From: a virus
IMG/VR virus record: IMGVR_UViG_3300032315_000979
Location: 44,688 to 108,687 of that record
Strand: one strand, 5' to 3'
DNA length: 64,000 nt
Positions within the stretch are counted from its first letter, which is position 1. Every line of letters starts with the position of its first letter. Below are positions 1 through 9,617 of the stretch, in pieces. A program made the translations under genes and the position numbers. A model generated the notes under the pieces. It saw only the letters and a program-made list of their open reading frames with translations, was not told the DNA's origin and made no database searches.

Positions 1-1
1 T

Positions 2-1015
2 GTGACTACAATTCCAGAAGAGGAGACCACAACTACAGAACCAGTTGATACTGCGCCTGAAGAAGTGACCGCAGAAGAGGTAGCGGTAATTCTAGAAGAA
101 ATTGCGAACGCCTCTGCTGAAGAAGTTATTGATGTGCTGTCTACATTAAGCATTGAGGAAGTGACAGCGGTAATTGAAAATATCTCAGTTGAGCAACTTA
201 CTGAGGTTCTTAATGATCTACCTGTGGAAGAGGTTATAAATCTGATTGAGTCAATTGACTCTGCAGAAGCGCTTGAAAATATTGTTGACGCAATCAGCGA
301 AGAAACAATTGATCCAGATACTGCAATTGCGGTTATTGAAAATGGAAACTTTGAAGAGCTACCAATTGAGCAAATTGCGGAAGTATTCGCTGCAATTGAA
401 CCAGATCAGTTTACCGAAGAACAGAAAACGGAATTAGCAGCAGCACTTACTGACGCTCCTGTTGAGATTAAGGAATCGTTTGAGGAAGAAGTTGACATCT
501 ATGGAGATGGGTTTGATGACTACATCCCAACAGGTTCATCTATTGATGTTGGAACTCGTAAGACAGTTCTCGCTGCAGCTGCAGCCATGACAGCGATAAC
601 TGCAGTTGGTGCAGCAACATCTGGTGGATCTACTGGTGGTTCAACTGGTGGATCTGGAGGCTCTGGCGGCTCTGGCGGTTCTGGTAGCACAGAAGGTCGT
701 TCCAGAAAAGAAGAAGAATCTGAAGGCGGGTTCTCTGGAGAAATTGCAGGTCCAGGAGAAGACGATGGTGAAGATTTTACAAAAAATAGTATATACAAGT
801 ATTATATAAGGGAGGGTAAAGAAATGAAAAAGTTTAATTTGTTTGGTTTTAGCAAAAAGGTGTGGGATATTACTGCTGGATTGGCATTTACCCTCGCAGG
901 AAGCCTTGTAGTTTATATTACACTTTCTGGTGTAACACAGAAAATTGCTGGAATTGCAACATTAACAGCTATTCTTGTGCATTATGTACATGAAATTCTA
1001 AAGAATGACGAATAA
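2..1015 (+). CDS. 5'-truncated acidic, repeat-rich membrane protein (Thr/Glu-rich stalk, Gly/Ser linker, two C-terminal TM helices)
   Basis: ORF runs off the window edge; very acidic helical repeats; hydrophobic C-terminus (ITAGLAFTLAGSLVVYITL, IAGIATLTAILVHYV). Confidence 0.75.
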   Translation: MTTIPEEETTTTEPVDTAPEEVTAEEVAVILEEIANASAEEVIDVLSTLSIEEVTAVIENISVEQLTEVLNDLPVEEVINLIESIDSAEALENIVDAISEETIDPDTAIAVIENGNFEELPIEQIAEVFAAIEPDQFTEEQKTELAAALTDAPVEIKESFEEEVDIYGDGFDDYIPTGSSIDVGTRKTVLAAAAAMTAITAVGAATSGGSTGGSTGGSGGSGGSGGSGSTEGRSRKEEESEGGFSGEIAGPGEDDGEDFTKNSIYKYYIREGKEMKKFNLFGFSKKVWDITAGLAFTLAGSLVVYITLSGVTQKIAGIATLTAILVHYVHEILKNDE

Positions 1016-1027
1016 ATAACTCTGAGA

Positions 1028-1033
1028 TATAAT
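1028..1033 (+). promoter_or_regulatory. putative -10 box upstream of lysis genes
   Basis: TATAAT in the intergenic gap, followed by AAGGAGG RBS and TTG start at 1068. Confidence 0.5.
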
Positions 1034-1067
1034 AGGTATTGACCCGTTGGGGTAAGGAGGTGGTCTT

Positions 1068-1265
1068 TTGTCTACTTTGTTGAATGAATCAAATAAGAAA
1101 ATGCTCTCGTCATGGGCGAGATCGTTTTTTGGAGCTGCTTTGGCTGTCTATATGACAGGCAATCATGACCCGAAAGCAATTGCTACAGCAGGTGTCGCTG
1201 CTATTGCACCAGTAATTATGCGTTGGTTGAATCCAAACGATTCGGCTTTCGGAAGAAAGAAGTAA
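1068..1265 (+). CDS. holin-like small membrane protein
   Basis: 65 aa, two hydrophobic segments, basic C-terminus, strong RBS, upstream of endolysin. Confidence 0.6.
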   Translation: MSTLLNESNKKMLSSWARSFFGAALAVYMTGNHDPKAIATAGVAAIAPVIMRWLNPNDSAFGRKK

Positions 1266-1277
1266 GGTTAATTTAAA

Positions 1278-1526
1278 ATGGCACAGATACAAAACATCCT
1301 CCTTAGAATTATTGCAACATTTGCTGCTTCTGGCTTGGGTGTTGTCGGTGCTGGCACGATTGCTGGTGTCCCGCTATGGAAAGCGATTTTCATGGCGGGC
1401 ATCGCAGGAGTAGCAACCGTTATTGAAGGATTGTCAAGAGCATTCCTGGATGATGGTAAACTTAGTCTAGACGAAATTGATCGTGTCTTTTCAAAAACTG
1501 AAAAGAGAAAAGAGGAGATTAAGTAA
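1278..1526 (+). CDS. holin-like membrane protein
   Basis: 82 aa, two TM segments, charged C-terminus, TAATG-coupled to the endolysin. Confidence 0.6.
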   Translation: MAQIQNILLRIIATFAASGLGVVGAGTIAGVPLWKAIFMAGIAGVATVIEGLSRAFLDDGKLSLDEIDRVFSKTEKRKEEIK

Positions 1527-2368
1527 TGGCTAAGAGAACAGAATGGGATTATATCGTTGAAGTAAAGATGCCTGTTGCGCTTAAAGGTGTTGAACCAGGT
1601 AAATTACATGCAAGTTTGCTCAGGGATATTCCAGGCGGTGGAAAGTTGTTTTACCTTGCGGCTGATGCATGGTTAGCAATGGTTGAGGCTGCAAAGGCTG
1701 ATGGTGTTGAGCTTAAGCCCACGAGCAGCGGCGATCTATATCGCAGTTATGAGAGCCAAAAGGCAGGATTTCTTACTCGCTACACTCTTGAGAATACAGG
1801 AACTGGATCAACAAAAACTTTTGAAGGTAAGACTTGGTACTTGAAGAAAGGTATGGCGATGCTTGCCACACCTGGTAAGTCACAGCACAACCTCGGCTTG
1901 GCAGTTGATATTGCCAATGCAAGTGATAAGAAAAGAATTAATTGGTTGATTGCTAATGTTGAAAAGTTTGGGTGGAGTTGGGAAGTAGTTCCTTCAGAGC
2001 CTTGGCATATCCGTTATGTTTGTGGTGACGCAGTACCTCAAGCAGTAAAAGATTATGTTGCTCGTAATCCAAAGCCAGGCAGTCCCTTTGGTTCAGTAGC
2101 AGAGCAAAAAGCTGCTGCTGAAGCAAAAGCAGCAATCCCTGCTCCAAACAAAATAGCTGCTGCATCTAAGCCAAACATTATAAAAGATAATAAAGGCTCT
2201 GCTGTAAAAGAAGCGCAAACTCTTCTTGTAAAACATGGTTTTGCTTGTAAGCCAGATGGTGATTTTGGACCTAAAACACAAGAGCTTGTAAAGCAATTTC
2301 AAAAATCAAAAGGTCTTTCAGTTACAGGTGATGTTGATCAAAACACTTGGGCTGCGTTGCTGGCATAA
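1526..2368 (+). CDS. endolysin: M15 (VanY-like) Zn peptidase plus C-terminal peptidoglycan-binding domain
   Basis: YRSYESQ, PGKSQHNLGLAVD (SxHxxGxAxD) and EPWH motifs; C-terminal DGDFGPKT..VKQFQ..GL.VTGDVDQNTW (PG_binding_1 pattern). Confidence 0.9.
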   Translation: MAKRTEWDYIVEVKMPVALKGVEPGKLHASLLRDIPGGGKLFYLAADAWLAMVEAAKADGVELKPTSSGDLYRSYESQKAGFLTRYTLENTGTGSTKTFEGKTWYLKKGMAMLATPGKSQHNLGLAVDIANASDKKRINWLIANVEKFGWSWEVVPSEPWHIRYVCGDAVPQAVKDYVARNPKPGSPFGSVAEQKAAAEAKAAIPAPNKIAAASKPNIIKDNKGSAVKEAQTLLVKHGFACKPDGDFGPKTQELVKQFQKSKGLSVTGDVDQNTWAALLA

Positions 2369-2400
2369 CCAATCTTTGATAATATCTTATAGGAGATATT

Positions 2401-2733
2401 ATGGCTGCAACTAGAAATATTACTATTTATCAAGGCGATACTTATGCTCATGAGCTACGCATTAGAAATAGTGCTAATGCTAATGTAACTATTACATCTA
2501 GAACTTACTCTGGTCAGATTAGAAAGAAAAGAAACTCTGACACGGCTGCAGCGACATTTACATCTGAAATCACAAACGGTGCTAATGGCATTGTTGTTAT
2601 GTCTTTGTCTGCTGCGGCTACAGCAAATATTGCTGCAGGGACATATGTTTATGATTTTCAAGAAACTAATGGCACCATTATCACCACACTGATTACTGGA
2701 ACAGTAACAGTAACTGGTGAGGTAAGTAGGTAA
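2401..2733 (+). CDS. virion structural / fibre-adaptor protein (BppU-N/LtfC-like)
   Basis: ITIYQGDT..., GTYVYDFQ pattern typical of these beta-sandwich adaptors; AGGAG RBS. Confidence 0.55.
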   Translation: MAATRNITIYQGDTYAHELRIRNSANANVTITSRTYSGQIRKKRNSDTAAATFTSEITNGANGIVVMSLSAAATANIAAGTYVYDFQETNGTIITTLITGTVTVTGEVSR

Positions 2734-3032
2734 TGGCTGGGGACATCACAACCGTTCAGGTAACTAGCGGTGACATAACATCCCTATCTGTATCTACAGA
2801 TGTCTCAAATATCACGGTTGCTTCTGAGATTACAGCAGTAACCGTACAAACGAATGATACAACAGTACTAACTCAATCCCCTGGAACTATAAATTTAGCA
2901 TCACTTTCCTTTGCTACATCAGATCCAGCCGATGTCGCTAGAACTGCAAGTGTTGGAGTAAGCAATTTAGCGGCTAGGGCAGATCATGTTCATAGTGCAG
3001 CAAATCTATTAATGGATGGAGGAAATTACTAA
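2733..3032 (+). CDS. small virion/fibre-associated protein
   Basis: Thr/Ser/Val-rich; ARADHVH motif common in fibre proteins; TAATG-coupled on both sides. Confidence 0.55.
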   Translation: MAGDITTVQVTSGDITSLSVSTDVSNITVASEITAVTVQTNDTTVLTQSPGTINLASLSFATSDPADVARTASVGVSNLAARADHVHSAANLLMDGGNY

Positions 3033-4222
3033 TGGCGAATACGCTGAGAATTAAAAGAAGGGCGACTGGCAGTGCTGGCGCACCTACAAGTTTGGAGAAT
3101 GCAGAATTAGCATTTAACGAAGTAGATAATATTCTTTACTACGGTAAGGGAACTGGTGGCGCAGGTGGATCTGCAACCACTGTTGAAGTAATTGGCGGTC
3201 TTGGTGCTTTTCTTGCTTTAACAACTGATCAAACAATTACTGGCAACAAGACATTTAATGGCACAACGATTGTCGCAACTCCAACTGCAAACGGTCACGC
3301 AGCTACTAAGCTTTATGTTGATAGTGCAGTTGCCAATGTCGCAACTTCGTTTACAGCGGCTGGCGATAGCGGCACAGTCACTATCTCTAGCGGAACTGAC
3401 ACTCTTACAATTGCTGGTGGAACTGGTTTAACATCGTCAGCAGCATCTGTTGATACGATTACACTTAATCTTGATAACACAGCAGTTACGGCAGCTAACT
3501 ACGGTGCGGCTGGATCTGTTGCAACATTCACTGTTGATGCACAAGGTCGTTTAACTGCTGCTGCAAACACAACTATTTCAATCACTGCTTCACAAGTTAG
3601 TGATAGAGCAACAAACCTTGTAACGGGTTTGACAGGAACTGCAAATGAAATTGCAGTATCAAACTCTGGTGTTGGTGCAGTAACACTTAGCCTTCCAGCT
3701 AATGTTACGATCAGTAATAACCTCACAGTTTCTGGGGATTTGATTGTTAATGGTAATACAACAACTCTTAACACAGCAACACTCGTTGTTGAGGATAAGA
3801 ACATTGTTCTTGCAAATGTTGAATCACCAACGGACACGACAGCTGATGGTGCTGGATTTACAATCAAAGGTGCAACAGATAAGACATTGAACTGGGTTGA
3901 TGCTACTGACGCTTGGACATCCTCTGAGCACTTCAATATTGTTTCTGGTAAGTCATTCTACATTGGGGGCTCGGCTGTACTTTCAAATACAACTTTGGCT
4001 TCAAGTGTCGTTACCTCAAGTCTTACATCTGTAGGTACAATTGGTACAGGTGTATGGCAAGGAACTGCTGTAGCAATTGCTTATGGCGGTACTGGCTCTG
4101 CAAATGCTTCTGATGCAAGAACTGCATTAGGTCTTGCAATCGGTTCAAATGTTCAAGCCTACAGCGCTCAGCTCACAGCACTTGCTGCGAACACTGCTAC
4201 AATTGATGGTGGTACTTTCTAA
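3032..4222 (+). CDS. tail/head fibre protein
   Basis: N-terminal IKRR...APTSL..AELAFNE; AATKLYVD, TVDAQGRLT, VEDKNIVL, GGTG..ARTALGL fibre motifs; ends DGGTF. Confidence 0.75.
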   Translation: MANTLRIKRRATGSAGAPTSLENAELAFNEVDNILYYGKGTGGAGGSATTVEVIGGLGAFLALTTDQTITGNKTFNGTTIVATPTANGHAATKLYVDSAVANVATSFTAAGDSGTVTISSGTDTLTIAGGTGLTSSAASVDTITLNLDNTAVTAANYGAAGSVATFTVDAQGRLTAAANTTISITASQVSDRATNLVTGLTGTANEIAVSNSGVGAVTLSLPANVTISNNLTVSGDLIVNGNTTTLNTATLVVEDKNIVLANVESPTDTTADGAGFTIKGATDKTLNWVDATDAWTSSEHFNIVSGKSFYIGGSAVLSNTTLASSVVTSSLTSVGTIGTGVWQGTAVAIAYGGTGSANASDARTALGLAIGSNVQAYSAQLTALAANTATIDGGTF

Positions 4223-4235
4223 TTAAGAGGCTTGA

Positions 4236-5375
4236 ATGGCTAATGTAATTAAGTTAAAAAATTCAGGAACAGCGAATAGCGCCCCTACTTCACTTGAGGT
4301 GGGGGAGCTTGCTATTAACTATGCTGATGGAAAAATTTATTATAAAAATTCAAGCAATGTAATTGTACAATTTTCCACTTCTAGCGGTTCTGGAATAACA
4401 GTATCTGAAACACCGCCTGCATCACCATCTGCTGGAAACTTGTGGTATGAATCTGATACTGGTAAAACATTTATTTATTACGATAGTTATTGGGTTGAAA
4501 CATCTGGCGCTGATGGCTCTCAAGGTGCTACTGGCTCTACAGGTCCAGAAGGTGGTACAACAACCTTAACAACAAAGGGCGATATTTTAGCAAGAGATGC
4601 TTCAGCATCTGTGCGTCTTCCCGTTGGAACTAATGGAAAGGTATTGACTGCAAATTCGTCTACTACGACTGGCTTAGAATGGGTAACACCAACAGTTTAT
4701 GCAACAGTTGCAAATCTAAGTACATTGTCAAACACTGTAACAGATATTTCAGGTAATGCAAGTACTCTTTCAAATACTGTTACAACTCTGTCTGCCAATG
4801 TCAGCACTCTTTCAAATACAGTCACTTTAAAAGCTAACATTGCATCCCCAGCATTTACTGGAGTACCAACAGCCCCAACTGCCGCTAACACAGTAAATAA
4901 TACACAAATCGCAACGACTGCTTATGTAAAAACCGTTATTGGGGATTTGATAAATTCAGCACCAGCAACACTAGACACTCTTGGTGAGATTGCAACATCG
5001 CTTGCAAATAACGAATCTCTGTCATCAACATTGACAACATCAATCGCTCTTAAAGCACCGCTTGCGGATCCTACCTTCACAGGAACTGTTTCGGGTATTA
5101 CAAAATCAATGGTTGGTCTTGGAAGTGTTGATAACACAACAGACCTTGGAAAACCAATCTCAAACGCTACACAAACAGCGCTTGATCTAAAAGCCCCTCT
5201 TGCAAATGCTACATTTACGGGGACAATTGTTCTCCCAGCAACAACATCAATTGCTAATGTTACATCAACAGAGATTGGATATTTAGATGGTGTTACATCT
5301 GATATTCAAACACAGTTAAACACAAAAGCATCAACAGGAAAAGCCATAGCAATGGCAATAGTATTCGGAGGATAA
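4236..5375 (+). CDS. fibre protein with coiled-coil segment
   Basis: N-terminus related to the previous gene (APTSLEVGELAINYADG); FTGVPTAPT, IATTAYV, LDTLGEIA, VGLGSVDNT motifs. Confidence 0.75.
   Translation: MANVIKLKNSGTANSAPTSLEVGELAINYADGKIYYKNSSNVIVQFSTSSGSGITVSETPPASPSAGNLWYESDTGKTFIYYDSYWVETSGADGSQGATGSTGPEGGTTTLTTKGDILARDASASVRLPVGTNGKVLTANSSTTTGLEWVTPTVYATVANLSTLSNTVTDISGNASTLSNTVTTLSANVSTLSNTVTLKANIASPAFTGVPTAPTAANTVNNTQIATTAYVKTVIGDLINSAPATLDTLGEIATSLANNESLSSTLTTSIALKAPLADPTFTGTVSGITKSMVGLGSVDNTTDLGKPISNATQTALDLKAPLANATFTGTIVLPATTSIANVTSTEIGYLDGVTSDIQTQLNTKASTGKAIAMAIVFGG
4712..4830 (+). repeat. three 42-bp (14-aa) tandem repeats, NxSTLSNTVT
   Basis: NLSTLSNTVTDISG / NASTLSNTVTTLSA / NVSTLSNTVTLK in the translation. 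Confidence 0.8.
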
Positions 5376-5378
5376 GAT

Positions 5379-5732
5379 ATGGCAGCGCCAAATATAGTCA
5401 ATGTAACAACGATTACAGGCAAGACAGCGGTTCTTGCTGTAACCACTACAGCAACAGCAATTGTTACGAATTCTGGTTCAAGCGGAAAAGTATTTAAAGT
5501 TAATGCTCTTTATGTCTCCAATATTGACGGAGCTGCTGCTGCTGATGTGAATGTGGATATATTCAGATCTTCTACTGCGTATCATATTGCTAAAACAGTT
5601 TCGGTACCAGCAGATGCAACGCTAGATGTCATTAGCAAATCTATTTATTTGGAGGAAGGTGACACGCTTCGTCTTACTGCTTCTGCTAACTCTGACCTTG
5701 AAGCCGTGTGTAGTTATGAGGAGATTAGTTAA
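5379..5732 (+). CDS. conserved fibre-associated structural protein
   Basis: 117 aa, beta-rich, IYLEEGD motif, GGAGG RBS, inside the fibre cluster. Confidence 0.6.
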   Translation: MAAPNIVNVTTITGKTAVLAVTTTATAIVTNSGSSGKVFKVNALYVSNIDGAAAADVNVDIFRSSTAYHIAKTVSVPADATLDVISKSIYLEEGDTLRLTASANSDLEAVCSYEEIS

Positions 5733-6709
5733 TGCCGCAGTTTCCTGGGCAAAGCATCGGTGCATCTGGTTTATGGAGTTTAAATGAAGTACGAGATGCT
5801 GTATCTGGTTTTAATTGGGTATCTCAAAAACCAAATGCTGTTGAGTATTTAGTAGTAGGCGGTGGAGGCGGTGGTGGTAATTATGTCGGTGGCGGTGGAG
5901 GCGGTGGTGGATTTGTTGAAGGAACAGTGTCTGTTGCTGCTGGAGTTACTTACACAATAACAGTCGGTAATGGTGGTGCTGGAGATGCTGCTGGAGCAAA
6001 CTCAAGCATTGTTGGCGGAAGTATAAATATCGTTGCTCTGGGCGGTGGTCCTGGCGGAAGATACGCAGATAACCCTGGAACTGCTGGTGGTAGCGGAGGT
6101 GGATGCGGTGGAGTGTCAAATACATCAACCCGCCCTGCTGGTGGTGGAGGATTACAGCCAACCTCAGCGTCTGGTGGTTATGGAAACGCTGGCGGTTCAT
6201 CAACTTTTGGTGGAAGAACTGGTACTCCAACATCTGGGCATGGTGGAGGCGGAGCAGGTGGTCCAGGAGGGAACGGAGATGGCGCTTTAACAACAAAAGG
6301 CGGAGATGGGAGGGCTTCATCTATAACAGGAGCAACACTGGTTTACGCAGGCGGAGGTGGAGGCGGTGGCTACTACAGTCCAGGTTCTGACGGAGGAAGA
6401 GGTGGTGGAGGAGGCGGTGGAGGTCATGGCGCAACTGGTGCTGGAGCTGGTGGCACAGGCGGATCTAGCAATGGTTCAGCAGGAAGCACCGTAGGTGAAG
6501 GACCAGGTGGTGCTGGTGCCGCAAACACTGGAGGCGGTGGTGGAGGAACTGGTCATAGCCAAGCATCTGGCGGAGGTGGTTCAGGAATTGTTGTAGTTCG
6601 CTACTCAGACTCTTTTACGGCTGCTACAACTACTGGCTCTCCAACAATAAACCTGTTAAATGGATATAGAATTTATGTATTCAATGCTACTGGGAGTATC
6701 ACTTTCTAA
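5732..6709 (+). CDS. glycine-rich fibre/adhesin protein
   Basis: VEYLVVGGGGGGG ... GGSGIVVVRY ... IYVFNATGSITF glycine-rich domain signature. Confidence 0.8.
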   Translation: MPQFPGQSIGASGLWSLNEVRDAVSGFNWVSQKPNAVEYLVVGGGGGGGNYVGGGGGGGGFVEGTVSVAAGVTYTITVGNGGAGDAAGANSSIVGGSINIVALGGGPGGRYADNPGTAGGSGGGCGGVSNTSTRPAGGGGLQPTSASGGYGNAGGSSTFGGRTGTPTSGHGGGGAGGPGGNGDGALTTKGGDGRASSITGATLVYAGGGGGGGYYSPGSDGGRGGGGGGGGHGATGAGAGGTGGSSNGSAGSTVGEGPGGAGAANTGGGGGGTGHSQASGGGGSGIVVVRYSDSFTAATTTGSPTINLLNGYRIYVFNATGSITF

Positions 6710-7539
6710 TGCCGCAATTTCCATCATCAAGAGGAGCTTCTGGTATTTGGTCGTTAAAAAAACATAGAAATTTTAAGATAGGGAATAACCTTCCTCCTGC
6801 ACTTGACGGTTCCACTGAAGCGTTGGCTGCACCAAGCGCTCTTTACTTGCGTAATGAACTTGAAATAAAAACAAGTGGTAATTATTGGATAAAGCCAGCA
6901 GGATATAGTGGAGCAGCAGTTCTTCTTTGGTGCGATATGACCAATCTTGGTGGAGGTTGGGTTCTTATTGGTAAAGGTCGTCAATCTTCTGATAACAGTG
7001 GTGGTTGGTTTGGAACAAATAACGAACTATCTCTTTCTGGACTGCAGCAAGCAAATGCTTTTTCCGCAGGCATAAGCAAAGTGAGTTCTTCATTTGTTAA
7101 TTATTTAATGAACGGAACATCTAGCGGATGGAAAAATTTTGACGGCGAAAACTATCTTGTAGCAAATAGAATTAGCAATGCCACCGATGGCTATTCTGGC
7201 ATTGGAGATAGCTTTTATCATAAGATAACTAATCAATCAGCATTTGCGTGGGTTGATCAATTTGGTTCCACCCCAACAGACGGTGGAACTAATGCAGGGA
7301 CAGGAGTTAATCGCCGTTATCCAAATATTTGGCTAGGCGGGACTCAAACATCTACAGATGTTTCTGGATTTCGTGATAATGATTTTGGTTCAGGAAATGG
7401 AACGGCAAGACTATTTACTTGGCACTGGAGTGGTCACGGTGTCCATCATGGTTGGTCTTCTGGCTCAACTGAAACTCGTGGTTTTCAAAATGGTTCTGAA
7501 GCCCACGCTATTCAATTTGTCCAATTATGGGCAAGATAA
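6709..7539 (+). CDS. putative receptor-binding protein with fibrinogen-like N-terminal motif
   Basis: SGNYWIKP...WCDMTNLGGGWVLI matches the fibrinogen-related GxYxI...CDMxxxGGGW signature. Confidence 0.7.
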   Translation: MPQFPSSRGASGIWSLKKHRNFKIGNNLPPALDGSTEALAAPSALYLRNELEIKTSGNYWIKPAGYSGAAVLLWCDMTNLGGGWVLIGKGRQSSDNSGGWFGTNNELSLSGLQQANAFSAGISKVSSSFVNYLMNGTSSGWKNFDGENYLVANRISNATDGYSGIGDSFYHKITNQSAFAWVDQFGSTPTDGGTNAGTGVNRRYPNIWLGGTQTSTDVSGFRDNDFGSGNGTARLFTWHWSGHGVHHGWSSGSTETRGFQNGSEAHAIQFVQLWAR

Positions 7540-7589
7540 GCATAAAAATTCGTAAAAAAGTTCTTTATAATCTATAATGGATACTAACT

Positions 7590-7751
7590 ATGGCTGCCAT
7601 TAATTTTCCCTCTGATCCTGATATTGATGATACGCATTCTGCCAATGGAAAAACTTGGATTTGGGATGGGGAAAAGTGGATTATGAATACGCAAAATGTT
7701 ACTAATAAAATTAATGATTTAGAAGTATCGTTAGCAATGCAGACTTTTTAA
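7590..7751 (+). CDS. 53-aa mini fibre-type protein, absent from the ORF track
   Basis: Read by hand: MAAINFPSDPDIDDTHSANGKTWIWDGEKWIMNTQNVTNKINDLEVSLAMQTF; TATAAT at 7573-7578. Confidence 0.7.
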   Translation: MAAINFPSDPDIDDTHSANGKTWIWDGEKWIMNTQNVTNKINDLEVSLAMQTF

Positions 7752-7771
7752 AGGCTGAAAAATAGTAATAC

Positions 7772-7780
7772 TGTTATAAT
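7772..7780 (+). promoter_or_regulatory. extended -10 promoter, leaderless transcript
   Basis: TGTTATAAT (TGnTATAAT), 6 nt, then ATG 7787; no RBS. Confidence 0.7.
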
Positions 7781-7786
7781 TGTATT

Positions 7787-8716
7787 ATGGATGATGTAAA
7801 GATTGAAACAAGCAAAACACTAACTTTAACGCTTCCAAGCGACCCTACATCTAATGTGGTGTCAGTTAGTTTGTATCATGAGTTTGGATCACTTGTTTCT
7901 GGTCCAACAAACGCAACAAGATCAAGTGCTGGAGTTTATACCATCACCTATGGTCAAGCAGCTTCTGGTATCTATATCTTAAATGCTGCGGGAAGATATC
8001 GTGCTGATTTTACATATACGATAAGTTCAACATCATACACACAGTCACAATACTTTAATGTCTATACGCCATACATTGATATTGACACCTTCTTTGAAGA
8101 CCATCCAGAGCTTGAAACCGATTGGTATGACAAGTTTGAAAAGATGGAAAAGAAGGTAAGGAATATTATCAATACTTATTGTGGTCAGTCCTTTGAATAC
8201 TATCCTAATAAATATCTTGAAGTCATGGGTTCTGGAAAGAATACACTTCATATCCCAAACCCAATCACTACGCTAAGAAAAGTCACATCCGACCCAGGAA
8301 CAAATGATGAAACGGTTCTGCACGACTACTCCGATGCAACTTTAAATCACATTGAGAAAATCAGAGAGCCTCACAGCTTCGGTAGCTCCTACTACCTGCA
8401 ATTTAGAAAATCTGTTCTGGATAGCGTGAATGTTCTTTTGCTTGTAAATAGATTTGATAAGCAAAGTATTTACAGAGTTGAAGGCGATTTTGGTTGGCAA
8501 TTTGTTCCGAACAATATTGAGCAGGCAGCGGATCTTTTGCTGGTTGACATGATGAATGATGATTCTGAATTCAGAAGGCATGGAATTCAAAGAGTTGAAA
8601 TGGATACAATTAGATATGAAATCAATACCACAAACTTCTTTGAGACAACGGGCAACATTGATGCAGATGTCCTTCTTATGGACTACACGCTGTTTGTAAT
8701 GGACTATGTGGTTTAA
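7787..8716 (+). CDS. head-to-tail adaptor
   Basis: IINTYCGQSF, GDFGW..VPNNIEQAA, TGNIDADVLL patterns; position before neck/tail genes. Confidence 0.65.
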   Translation: MDDVKIETSKTLTLTLPSDPTSNVVSVSLYHEFGSLVSGPTNATRSSAGVYTITYGQAASGIYILNAAGRYRADFTYTISSTSYTQSQYFNVYTPYIDIDTFFEDHPELETDWYDKFEKMEKKVRNIINTYCGQSFEYYPNKYLEVMGSGKNTLHIPNPITTLRKVTSDPGTNDETVLHDYSDATLNHIEKIREPHSFGSSYYLQFRKSVLDSVNVLLLVNRFDKQSIYRVEGDFGWQFVPNNIEQAADLLLVDMMNDDSEFRRHGIQRVEMDTIRYEINTTNFFETTGNIDADVLLMDYTLFVMDYVV

Positions 8717-9091
8717 ATGTCTAACGGTGTTTTTATAAACCTTCCGCACAAAATGGATGTCTACACTAAGACAACATCTGTTAATGCTGCTGGGCAACAA
8801 ACAACATCATACACAATGTCGGGAACAATTAAAGCCCTGTATCAGTCAATGTCTTCTGAAAGAAGAACATATCCGTATGTTGCAAATATTGACGAAGTTG
8901 AATTTTTTATTTCACACAAAGATGCTCAGTATGCAAACTATAGCAATAAAATTCAAAATGTAGTTGACCGCTACGGTAATTCAATAGTTGATTATCCAGT
9001 AGAGATTGTAAACATTGATAAAAGAACTGGTTATAACGGTAAGGTTAGAATGATTCTTTTAACTTGTAGGAAGATTACAGAAAATGCTTAG
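8717..9091 (+). CDS. head-tail stopper/closure protein
   Basis: 124 aa, beta-rich; synteny. Confidence 0.55.
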   Translation: MSNGVFINLPHKMDVYTKTTSVNAAGQQTTSYTMSGTIKALYQSMSSERRTYPYVANIDEVEFFISHKDAQYANYSNKIQNVVDRYGNSIVDYPVEIVNIDKRTGYNGKVRMILLTCRKITENA

Positions 9092-9614
9092 TATTCAGGT
9101 CAACAAGTCAGCTTTGATTCAAACAGAGATGGCGGCTATCTACTATTCAGTCCTACCAGTCCGAGTTCAGCATGCACAGGTGCAGGCAATGATGAGGTCA
9201 AAGCGTGACATGAAGATGGCAACAGCCGATCTAGGAAGGGCTGCAAAGTATTTACAATACGAAATCATTCCATTTGGTCCAACAGGCATGACTTTAAAAG
9301 TAAAACCATATCCAAAAGGGTCATTTAGAAAAGATGGTGGAAATATCCAGATCGGGTCTGCAATTCTTTTAACTGGTAAAAAAGGTGGTGGTGTAATCAG
9401 AGGAAAAGGAAATGGGATTATGAAAGTAAGATCAGCCTCTGTTGCACAAGGCTATTCGGAGTTCTATAGAGCTGTTAGAAAAGTAGCAATTCCTTCAAAA
9501 AGAAAAGAAATTAGAGAGATTGCAAAACAAGTTATTATTAAAAACCTTAAACAAGAATTTATTAGACAAGGTTTTACCGCAAGAGGTGCTGGCGGGGTGG
9601 ATGTGGTAAGGTAG
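9084..9614 (+). CDS. neck / tail-completion protein (basic)
   Basis: Position between stopper and terminator; basic composition. Confidence 0.45.
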   Translation: MLSIQVNKSALIQTEMAAIYYSVLPVRVQHAQVQAMMRSKRDMKMATADLGRAAKYLQYEIIPFGPTGMTLKVKPYPKGSFRKDGGNIQIGSAILLTGKKGGGVIRGKGNGIMKVRSASVAQGYSEFYRAVRKVAIPSKRKEIREIAKQVIIKNLKQEFIRQGFTARGAGGVDVVR

Positions 9615-9617
9615 TTT

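Noticed and set aside
5857-6590. GGN-rich runs as microsatellites or G-quadruplex elements
   Set aside because: Explained by poly-Gly coding with varied third positions; the same holds for the TMP linker near 16704-16740.
5732-7539. Diversity-generating retroelement acting on the receptor-binding genes
   Set aside because: No reverse transcriptase and no template/variable repeat pair visible in this window.
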